From assembly GCA_944380295.1 (NCBI GenBank), contig CALWHE010000002.1:121237-185236 (forward strand): DNA of 64,000 nt. The letters run 5' to 3'. The position numbers were made by a program, and so were the translations under genes. Positions 56,406 to 63,593 of the stretch are shown here, in pieces (the stretch's first letter is position 1; each line of letters opens with the position of its first letter). Source of the stretch: an uncultured Christensenellaceae bacterium. GTDB taxonomy: Bacteria > Bacillota > Clostridia > Christensenellales > UBA3700. Under the pieces are notes generated by a model. It saw nothing but the letters and a program-made list of their open reading frames with translations. It had not been told where the DNA came from and searched no databases.

Positions 56406-58805
56406 TTAAGCTTTACCTTGAAAGTATCTAATTAAATCATTACGACTTTCTTCAAACCATTGACTGGAAATATAGATATCAACGCCATTTACATTGACGG
56501 GCGCTTTATAATATCTAAAAGTTTTACTATCTCCTCTATTCGCTTCACGCGATAGGGCAAGTACAGGATATACTACTTTTTTGAATGTTTCCCTTGTGTA
56601 ATCTTTCGTCATCAACAAGTTTATATTAGCTTGCGACAATTTGCCATTAGTCAACAGATATTTAAACATTTGATAGGCGAGTTCACCGGCAGTAACATTT
56701 GAATAGGTTGTTTCGTCAGCCAAATCCAATACGCCAGTCTCCTTTCGTTTAGGCCTAACCAGAAATTTCACGTCTTGGTAATCAAATCCAAAACCGTCTA
56801 ACAGTTCTCGAATAATATTGATTTTATGTTGCGAACTTAAATTAGTCTCGATAAACATTGACATCGTATCGCTTAATTGGTAAGGAGAACGCAGTTTCGT
56901 GCTTAATTCATTATGATATGCATTGTCTAAATTTGCGAATAGCACAGGGTCTAACATATACAGCGTTGCATTGATTTTCTTGTATGCATCCGTAATATTA
57001 TCACACGCTATTTCATCACCCAACAAATTTATTTTTAGAATAGTTTTATTGGTGAAATCTATTTCATCGTCTAACGTAACCCAATCTTCAATAACATCAG
57101 GTTCAAAGTCAGTAAGAGGAGTTTGCCAAATTTTTTCTGCCCACTCATATAATTTTTGAGCCCTTGCAGTTATTTGCTTTTCAGTCCATACTTCACAGGT
57201 TTTAATATAGCTATTTAAAGAGAGCTTGCTATGCAAAAAGCCTTTGTCTTGAAGTGATTTTTTCTTTGCAAACGACAAATTACTATAATCACTATTATAA
57301 GCTGTCAGAGTTAAATTGCCGACAGTATCCTTATACTTTGAATGGGTTAACTCCCAATTATCGCCTAAACAATCTTTCCATTCTTCAGTTAACGTTTGAG
57401 GCATTATGTGTTCAATAGTCAACTCGGCGTTATCAATTTGGTCTTCAACGGCCATACGCTCTCTATTGTTATAATTTTCTAACCTTTCAAAAAAATACTT
57501 TCTTGTGTTAGGTCTAGCATTATAGAGTTCGTACGTAACAAACTTTTCAGCAAAATCGTGGTCATTAGGGAATCTACTTTTACCTGTCTTCGATAGAACT
57601 GAATACTTTAAGGCATCAATAAAGGTTGCGCCGTTTTTATCTATATAGCGTTGAATTTCAGCACCCATACTAACAAATATTTTGTTGAGGGCAGAGGTAG
57701 GCAACCCACAAACAATTCTTCGCGCTATATAGCTTTCAATTACGCTCACACATACCGACAGTTCCTCTTCTGTCAGCATGCTTTGTTTTTTAGCATAAAA
57801 TAGGTCAAATAAGAGCGGCGTAACGGTATTGACTTCAAGTTTATTTATTCGGGCAATAGTATTTAAATAAGCAGTTCTATCGCTGATTTTAGCGTTTTTA
57901 ATTTTATTGTAGAACTCGGCATAGATTAAAATATCTTTTAAAATATCTTCAATCTGTAAATCAATATTCTTTTCTCGATAACTCTTGAAAGCAAAATACA
58001 ATTTATTTTCATTTGCCAGTTCTCTTGTCTTGACTGCCAAATAATACCTAATAAATTTATTTATATCGTCCTTTGATACTTGATTTTCAAGTTTCTCCCA
58101 GTAGTTCTTGTAAATGCGTTCCTGTTGCGTCGAAGACATTTTCATAAGAACGTAATTTCTAATTTTATCGGCTTCTTCCAAATCAAGTCCAGTTGAGTTT
58201 AGACTTTCAAAAATAAGCTGAGGGTCATCGCCATTATGAGGGTTTAGGCTTATATTGACTATCATAAGTTTCATGATAGCATCATACAAGCCCTTAATAT
58301 CAACGCCATTAAATGAAGATAAAACATCATAAAAGAAATTGTAATTGACAGTGACATTATTATTAATTATCGGTTGAGTTTTTTCAATCAATCTGTCATA
58401 GGCATCGTCATCACCCTGCACGAGTTTTAATTTTAGCTTTTTTGCACTGTCGGCATACTCGTCGGTTAGGTAAGCTGTTGTGATTTTATTAGCATTTATC
58501 CCTATATTCAATTTATTATCAGTAATATAATTTCGAATAGCCAATAGCAAAAGAGAAACGGTAGTTATTCGTTGCTGCCCGTCAATGATTACGTATTCGT
58601 TACAACCACCAATATCATTTTCGACATATACGATACTACCGAAAAAGTGGGATTTATAGCCCTGCTTATAAACCTCTAATAAATCTTTAATCAGCAATTC
58701 GCAGTTTGACTTTTTCCAACTATACGGTCTTTGATAGACTGGAATAACGAACTTTTTATCCGAACCATCCAGAAATCTAACGATATAGCCCTCTTTTGCA
58801 ATCAT
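56406..58805 (-). CDS. GmrSD-family type IV restriction-like enzyme (N-terminal DUF262 / ParB-like NTPase, DUF1524 His-Me nuclease) with extra ~240-aa C-terminal region
   Basis: 799 aa. DUF262 signatures FVIPVYQRPYSW and YVIIDGQQRITTVSLLLLAI. DUF1524 signatures LTIEHIMPQTL...GNLTLTAYNSDYSNLSFAKKK. AGGAG SD before the ATG at 58805. Confidence 0.85.
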   Translation of the reverse strand: MIAKEGYIVRFLDGSDKKFVIPVYQRPYSWKKSNCELLIKDLLEVYKQGYKSHFFGSIVYVENDIGGCNEYVIIDGQQRITTVSLLLLAIRNYITDNKLNIGINANKITTAYLTDEYADSAKKLKLKLVQGDDDAYDRLIEKTQPIINNNVTVNYNFFYDVLSSFNGVDIKGLYDAIMKLMIVNISLNPHNGDDPQLIFESLNSTGLDLEEADKIRNYVLMKMSSTQQERIYKNYWEKLENQVSKDDINKFIRYYLAVKTRELANENKLYFAFKSYREKNIDLQIEDILKDILIYAEFYNKIKNAKISDRTAYLNTIARINKLEVNTVTPLLFDLFYAKKQSMLTEEELSVCVSVIESYIARRIVCGLPTSALNKIFVSMGAEIQRYIDKNGATFIDALKYSVLSKTGKSRFPNDHDFAEKFVTYELYNARPNTRKYFFERLENYNNRERMAVEDQIDNAELTIEHIMPQTLTEEWKDCLGDNWELTHSKYKDTVGNLTLTAYNSDYSNLSFAKKKSLQDKGFLHSKLSLNSYIKTCEVWTEKQITARAQKLYEWAEKIWQTPLTDFEPDVIEDWVTLDDEIDFTNKTILKINLLGDEIACDNITDAYKKINATLYMLDPVLFANLDNAYHNELSTKLRSPYQLSDTMSMFIETNLSSQHKINIIRELLDGFGFDYQDVKFLVRPKRKETGVLDLADETTYSNVTAGELAYQMFKYLLTNGKLSQANINLLMTKDYTRETFKKVVYPVLALSREANRGDSKTFRYYKAPVNVNGVDIYISSQWFEESRNDLIRYFQGKA

Positions 58806-58871
58806 ATTTTTGCTCCTATGATTTTATCTTCTAATTTTGATAATGTTTGCAATAATAGTCATTGTTTTTAT

Positions 58872-58900
58872 ATTATAGCAGAAAATTGATGATTTTTCAA
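58872..58900 (-). promoter_or_regulatory. Consensus promoter of the GmrSD-like gene
   Basis: Minus strand reads TTGAAA - 17 nt - TATAAT, about 65 nt upstream of the ATG. Confidence 0.65.
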
Positions 58901-58933
58901 GTAAAAGCACATGTTTAAATCCAATTTGGCACT

Positions 58934-59100
58934 ATGGCGGGTGTTTGAATAAACGAGCGGCTCGGCTGCGCCTCGCCGTTCAAGCACCCGCCATATGGGC
59001 AGACGGAATAAGGCGAAACTCAAAAGCGCACGGGAGCGGGCGGTCGCCGCTGAACCGCTTGGCGGTCCGCCCGTATTTCCTCGTGCGGCAGACTCTGAGT
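58934..59100. ncRNA. Candidate structured RNA or DNA element: two adjacent long GC-rich imperfect hairpins in the AT-rich divergent intergenic region (strand unknown)
   Basis: Hairpin 1: atggcgggtgtttgaa (58934-58949) pairs with ttcaagcacccgccat (58979-58994). Hairpin 2 (59018-59100) has nested helices actc/gagt, cgcacg/cgtgcg, cgggcgg/ccgcccg and accgc-ttg-gcggt. I recognise no family. Confidence 0.3.
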
Positions 59101-59188
59101 GTTAACGCCATTTTGTATGAGCTCTTTATTTGGAATTGGCAGCGTTTTCTTGACACTTTGAAAAGAATACGATGAAATGAGAAAAGAA

Positions 59189-59234
59189 AAAACCTAAAAC
59201 TACTTTCACTTGACTGTGGTTCGTTTTAGGTTTT
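59189..59234. terminator. Bidirectional terminator-like hairpin in the island intergenic region
   Basis: aaaacctaaaac-(22 nt)-gttttaggtttt: a 12-bp stem with an A-run and a T-run on either side. Confidence 0.4.
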
Positions 59235-59398
59235 AACTGGTGGAACTGAAAGCCGCAAAAACGCACACAGTATTATATCAGATAAATAGAACGGAATACT
59301 ATTGCCAAGTTGATTTGCCGCTTTCAGATTATCCGCTGTATGGCAAACAATTAGTCGCAAGCCAGGGCTAACGCCTTGCCGTTGGCTTGCTCCGTGCA

Positions 59399-59442
59399 AA
59401 CGGCTGTCATTGCGTCTTTATGGATCCTCTTTGACAGCCGTT
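59399..59442. repeat. Hairpin-forming repeat, copy 1 (upstream of the TIR/caspase operon)
   Basis: aacggctgtca-ttgcgtctttatggatcctcttt-tgacagccgtt. The same element, including its loop sequence, recurs at 61347-61387. Confidence 0.8.
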
Positions 59443-59487
59443 ATATAATTGAACCCTTCTAAAAATGGATTATTTTTATTTTGCCTC

Positions 59488-59516
59488 TTGAAAAATATTA
59501 TTTTATATGTTATAAT
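59488..59516 (+). promoter_or_regulatory. Consensus promoter of the TIR-like/TIR-like/caspase-like operon
   Basis: TTGAAA (59488-59493) - 17 nt - TATAAT (59511-59516). AAGGAG at 59525-59530 and ATG at 59538. Confidence 0.7.
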
Positions 59517-59537
59517 CTATAAAAAAGGAGTAAGAAA

Positions 59538-59921
59538 ATGGCTAACAAAAGAATCTTTGTGAGTTTTCCCGAACAAGATGAAAATTTGCGTGACCTTCTT
59601 GTAGGTCAATCAAAAAATACAAATTCCCCATTTGATTTTACAGATATGTCTGTTCATAAACCTTGGGATAATGCTTGGAAAACTAAATGTCGCATAAAAA
59701 TAAAGAGTTGTGATGGTTTAATTGCAATCATTACGCCAAACACATTAAAAGCAGATGGACAAATATGGGAGATTAATTGCGCTGATGAGGAAGATGTTCC
59801 TATCCTTTGCATCAAAACTTCGGAATATATTCCAGGAGATAAAACAAAAGCAAAAATAGGAAATAGAAGGATATTTAATTGGGATTGGGATACGATAAAA
59901 AACTTTATAGAAGGACTATAA
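59538..59921 (+). CDS. Small TIR-like protein (DUF1863 / ThsB-like), paralog 1
   Basis: 127 aa. KRIFVSFPEQD, LVGQSKNTNSPFDF, CDGLIAIITPNT and GQIWEINCA (conserved Glu) follow the DUF1863 TIR-like pattern. Confidence 0.75.
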   Translation: MANKRIFVSFPEQDENLRDLLVGQSKNTNSPFDFTDMSVHKPWDNAWKTKCRIKIKSCDGLIAIITPNTLKADGQIWEINCADEEDVPILCIKTSEYIPGDKTKAKIGNRRIFNWDWDTIKNFIEGL

Positions 59922-59922
59922 T

Positions 59923-60309
59923 ATGAAAAAGAAAGCCTATATATGCTTTGACTATGATAACGATTTTGAACTGAAAGAATGTCTGGTTGGTCAAGCAAAG
60001 AATCCTGATTCTCCTTTTTCTATTTCGGATGTATCTATCAAGCAAGAAATTCAAACAAATTGGAAATTTTATGCTCGACAGAAAATACGAAATGCTGATA
60101 TTATTATCGTATTATGCGGTAAACATACTAATACGGCTAAGGGGGTTGCCGCAGAACTTAGTATAACACAGGAAGAAAGGAAACCCTACTTTTTGCTCTG
60201 TGGGCGCAGCGATGGGAATGTAACAAAGCCTATCAATGCGCGTACCTCTGATAAAATTTATAAATGGACATGGGATAACTTAAAAATTCTTGTTGGGGGA
60301 GGACGTTAA
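59923..60309 (+). CDS. Small TIR-like protein (DUF1863 / ThsB-like), paralog 2
   Basis: 128 aa, starting 1 nt after the upstream stop. KAYICFDYDND, LVGQAKNPDSPFSI, ADIIIVLCGKHT, GVAAELSIT. It aligns with paralog 1 along its whole length. Confidence 0.75.
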   Translation: MKKKAYICFDYDNDFELKECLVGQAKNPDSPFSISDVSIKQEIQTNWKFYARQKIRNADIIIVLCGKHTNTAKGVAAELSITQEERKPYFLLCGRSDGNVTKPINARTSDKIYKWTWDNLKILVGGGR

Positions 60310-60311
60310 AA

Positions 60312-61295
60312 GTGGGAAATAGAAAAGCTCTTGTAGTAGGTATTGATGACTATTCAGTCGTTCCTTTGCATGGTTGTGTTAATGATGCTGAAGATGTTGC
60401 CGCTTTGCTGTCTCGTAATGATGACAGGAGTATTAATTTTTCTGTTCAACTTAGGACATCAAAAACGGATGAAATTAATAAATCGGCTTTAAAAAAATGG
60501 ATAAGCGATTGCTTTGCGGGTGATGATGAAATAGCTTTGTTTTATTTCTCAGGACATGGTCAGATTGATGCCTGCGGTGGTTATATAGTAACGCCTGATT
60601 ATGCCCCTATGGACTGGGGAATCTCTATGCAAGATATTTTAAATTATGCAAACAACTCAAAATGTCAAAATAAAGTTATAATTCTTGATTGCTGTCATGC
60701 TGGATCTGTGGGAGCTATAAATACATTAGGACAACAAACAGCAATTATAAATGAAGGTGTTACAATATTAACAGCAAGTAATTTTGATGAGGCCGCCGCT
60801 GAAATAAATGGTCATGGTGTATTTACAGAATTATTGACCGAGGCGTTAAAAGGGGGTGCGGCGGATATTACAGGTAATATTTCACCTGGCAGTATTTATG
60901 CTTATATTGATAGAGCACTAGGACCGTGGGAACAACGTCCAGTTTTTAAAACAAATGTAAAACGTTTCATTTCTTTAAGAACCGTTATAGCTCCTATTGA
61001 TATAAATATCGTCAGAAGAATTACAGATTACTTTGATGAACCAACAACAAAACTTCCGCTTAACCCGTCATATGAACCAACAAATAATACTAAAACAGAA
61101 CATAAAGTTATTGAACCTTATTCTATTGAGAAGAATGTAGCCATTTTTTCAGATTTACAAAAACTAGAAAGTGTTGGATTAGTTGTTCCAGATGGAACTC
61201 CTCATATGTATTATGCCGCTATGGAATCAAAAGCTTGTAAGCTTACTTCCGTTGGTCAACATTATTGGAGATTGGTTAAAGAAAATAGAATTTAA
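60312..61295 (+). CDS. Caspase-like (peptidase C14 / metacaspase-orthocaspase fold) protease with uncharacterised ~120-aa C-terminal domain
   Basis: 327 aa with a GTG start 2 nt after the upstream stop and a gggggagga SD. KALVVGIDDY...L.GCVNDA, catalytic-dyad contexts FYFSGHG (His82) and VIILDCCHAGS (Cys128). The C-terminal part ends LQKLESVGLVVPDG...LTSVGQHYWRLV. Confidence 0.85.
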   Translation: MGNRKALVVGIDDYSVVPLHGCVNDAEDVAALLSRNDDRSINFSVQLRTSKTDEINKSALKKWISDCFAGDDEIALFYFSGHGQIDACGGYIVTPDYAPMDWGISMQDILNYANNSKCQNKVIILDCCHAGSVGAINTLGQQTAIINEGVTILTASNFDEAAAEINGHGVFTELLTEALKGGAADITGNISPGSIYAYIDRALGPWEQRPVFKTNVKRFISLRTVIAPIDINIVRRITDYFDEPTTKLPLNPSYEPTNNTKTEHKVIEPYSIEKNVAIFSDLQKLESVGLVVPDGTPHMYYAAMESKACKLTSVGQHYWRLVKENRI

Positions 61296-61346
61296 CTTTT
61301 AATTAACGTTGCATTTACAAATTAAATTATCATTTTGTTGTGATAA

Positions 61347-61387
61347 GGCTGTCATGGCATCTTTATAGATCCGCTTTGACAGCCGTT
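61347..61387. repeat. Hairpin-forming repeat, copy 2 (downstream of the TIR/caspase operon)
   Basis: ggctgtca-tggcatctttatagatccgcttt-tgacagccgtt, followed by ttttg. The 23-nt loop differs from copy 1 at only 4 positions. Confidence 0.8.
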
Positions 61388-61483
61388 TTGCTTGTTCCTT
61401 ATTCGACGGCAAATCAGCATATATGTTTTTGCTTTCATTATAAAAATAGATATCGCTTATTCCATGCGGCATATTTATGTTCA

Positions 61484-62293
61484 TTAAGAAATTCCTTTAT
61501 AGTCTTTTTGAACTTTAAAAAGTTTAGTTATTATGCTAAGCATCTGATAAACATAATATCTATAATTCTCGTAATCAAACGGAGTTTCGTTGTTTAAGAA
61601 GTGTATATAGTTTCGATTATTATTTATCTGTTCTAATATAATACTTTCTTCCCTTGTAATATCGTTTCTTTTTTCTATGCAATTTATTAAAATTGATGAA
61701 CGTTCTTTCCACGCATTTTTCTTATCCTTTTTACATTGATTAGCAATAATTTCTGTTTCCCTAAATATTGTGGCATGTATTTTTAAGAAGGCATCTAAAA
61801 TTGAGCCTAGCATAAGCCAAAGCAAAATTATTTGCATATTATTTATAACGCCTATCTTATCAATTCTTTCTTCAAGCAGGTAAATTTCATCAACCAACAG
61901 TAATAAATTATCTGACTTATTCATTACAACATTTATCATTGACGGCTCAGATGTTCCAAAATAAAGCTGCCATGTTTCAGTCATCATTTTTATTGTAGAG
62001 CGATAATTTATGATTTCCGAATGTAAAAATCGTTCTTTTTGAAGTGGTTGAGCACATACAGTTTCACAGGTAGGCGCGCCCACCGTAGAACCGTTCTCAA
62101 TCCAAACACTTGACTCATGTTCATCTATTGCCAATTCGTGAAAATAACCACCTAATTCACCTGATTTAATCATCCTTTTATTAACACTGCATTTATATTC
62201 ACGAATACATTTTACTTGATAAAATCTTTGTCCGCCAATAATCACAGGAGTTTTAACAAATTCTAAATTCGGATTTTTACTACGATTTTGCAT
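61484..62293 (-). CDS. Hypothetical island protein (269 aa): Cys-pair N-terminal region, central hydrophobic segment, helical C-terminal region
   Basis: ORF with AT-rich codon usage like the rest of the island. Cys pairs CIREYKC...CETVC. Hydrophobic stretch MQIILLWLMLGSILDAFL. I recognise no family. Confidence 0.55.
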   Translation of the reverse strand: MQNRSKNPNLEFVKTPVIIGGQRFYQVKCIREYKCSVNKRMIKSGELGGYFHELAIDEHESSVWIENGSTVGAPTCETVCAQPLQKERFLHSEIINYRSTIKMMTETWQLYFGTSEPSMINVVMNKSDNLLLLVDEIYLLEERIDKIGVINNMQIILLWLMLGSILDAFLKIHATIFRETEIIANQCKKDKKNAWKERSSILINCIEKRNDITREESIILEQINNNRNYIHFLNNETPFDYENYRYYVYQMLSIITKLFKVQKDYKGIS

Positions 62294-62508
62294 TTCATAT
62301 ATACCTCTTGATAAGTATAGCGAAACTGAATGTTAAAGTCAAATTGCCCGTTAGAAAGAAAATATCTCCATCGTTTGCAATCTCTATGAGTAGTGGCGAT
62401 AACCGTTGACAGGAAAAGTTGTTCAACAGCATAGCCAATCCATTTACTCGATAGCGGGCATTGCCCGCTCAGGGCTGCACTCCCCTTATCTCCGCCACAA
62501 AATAATAA

Positions 62509-62544
62509 AAAAACAAGCCGAGCATAACACTCTGCTTGTTTTTG

Positions 62545-62553
<9 letters not shown>
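62509..62553. repeat. Right 45-bp direct repeat (att-like); overlaps the tRNA-Ala 3' end and its terminator hairpin
   Basis: Identical to 56135-56179. It contains the hairpin aaaaacaagc-(15 nt)-gcttgttttt, which acts as the tRNA terminator on the minus strand. Confidence 0.95.
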
Positions 62554-62620
<67 letters not shown>

Positions 62621-62680
62621 GAAGTGCCCTCTTAGTATAGCACATAAGAGGGTGTGTGTCAAAATGTTTGAAGGAGTTTT

Positions 62681-63556
62681 TTACAGCTTTTTGGCAATTT
62701 CCTTCATCTTTTTCCTGCCTTCGTCGCTGATGGGACGGAAAGGTCTGCGGCAACCGCCCATGGGTATGCCCATCTCGTCGAGCAGAGCTTTTTCCGCGGC
62801 GAAAGTGCCGTATTTGACGATTTCCGCGATGATGGCGTTGGCTTCCATCTGCTTTGCCTGCGCGGCGCGGATGTCGCCTTTTTGGAAGAAGTTGTATATA
62901 TCGATGAACTTTTCCGCCATAAAGTTATAAGTGCTGCCGATGCCGCCGTCCGCGCCCATGGTCAAGCCGGCGATGAACATTTCGTCCCAGCCGTTGTAGA
63001 CGATCGGATCTGCCGCCATGGTTTTGAATTGCTGCAACAGGAACAGATCGGACGTGGTATGTTTGATACCGATGAACCTGTCGGAAGCGGCGAACATCTC
63101 TTCCGCGATCGCCTTGGTGAAGTTGAAGCCGTTGGCATTGGGGAAGTTGTATATTATCATGGGGATATCCACGCTGCGGACGATGTCCAGATAATAATTT
63201 TTCACGGCGTCGTAACTGAATCCGTAATAATAAGGCGCAACGGCGGAGATGGCGTCAAAACCCACCTCTTTGGCGTATTTTGCCATTTCTATGGCGTGGT
63301 CGGTGCAGATGGTGCCCACATGCGCGATCAGTGTGGTCCTGCCCTCGTTTGCCTCAGCGGCGGCTTTGAAGAGCTGTTTGCGCTCTTCCACCGTAAGCAG
63401 CAGACCTTCGCCGGTGGAACCGCCCACGTAAAAGCCGTTGACGCCTTTTTTAATGTTGAAGTTGATGAGTTTTGCCACAGAATCCGCGTTCACCGCGCCG
63501 TTTTTGTCAAAGGGCGTGAGGAGCGCCGGGAGAACTCCCTTGAATTTTTCCTTCAT
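62681..63556 (-). CDS. nanA: N-acetylneuraminate lyase (DHDPS/NanA family)
   Basis: ORF 62681..63604. I prefer the start at MKEKFKGVLPALLTPF (ATG 63556) after GGAGGT. FYVGGSTGEG, GFDAISAVAPYYY, IIYNFP, IGIKHTTSD (Schiff-base Lys context), GADGGIGSTYN and CRRPFRPIS all match clostridial NanA closely, from memory. Confidence 0.85.
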   Translation of the reverse strand: MKEKFKGVLPALLTPFDKNGAVNADSVAKLINFNIKKGVNGFYVGGSTGEGLLLTVEERKQLFKAAAEANEGRTTLIAHVGTICTDHAIEMAKYAKEVGFDAISAVAPYYYGFSYDAVKNYYLDIVRSVDIPMIIYNFPNANGFNFTKAIAEEMFAASDRFIGIKHTTSDLFLLQQFKTMAADPIVYNGWDEMFIAGLTMGADGGIGSTYNFMAEKFIDIYNFFQKGDIRAAQAKQMEANAIIAEIVKYGTFAAEKALLDEMGIPMGGCRRPFRPISDEGRKKMKEIAKKL

Positions 63557-63593
63557 ATTGACCTCCGTGGAACTTGCGTTCCAAATGTATTTT

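Noticed and set aside
58945-59175. 76-aa ORF in the GC-rich structured block, and a partial resemblance of ccgccatatgggcaga to the ZTP (pfl) riboswitch 3' element
   Set aside because: The ORF has Arg/Ala-rich non-protein-like composition and no SD. The ZTP-like string has extra nucleotides, the 5' sub-domain consensus is not evident, and the genomic context is wrong (no purine or folate genes; the predicted operon promoter lies further downstream).
59399-61387. Integron attC-site interpretation of the hairpin repeats flanking the cassette
   Set aside because: There is no IntI-type integrase. The ends (GTTATAT / GTTTTGC) do not fit the GTTRRRY core. The arms are short and perfectly paired rather than the bulged attC layout. 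The repeats are kept as an unexplained element instead.
61299-61484. 61-aa ORF translationally coupled (TAATG) to the 269-aa gene
   Set aside because: It contains the conserved hairpin repeat (61347-61387) in its middle and has no recognisable features. It is possibly real but unsupported.
61484-62293. HEPN (R-x4-6-H) nuclease motif in the 269-aa protein (NNNRNYIHF)
   Set aside because: The spacing is R-x3-H, one residue short of the canonical motif, and only one such site is present. This is insufficient for a HEPN call.
56180-62508. Search for an integrase, transposase or excisionase inside the island
   Set aside because: None of the ORFs on either strand shows tyrosine-recombinase (R..HxxR..Y), serine-recombinase or DDE-type patterns. 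The island is therefore described as integrase-less, not as an intact mobile element.
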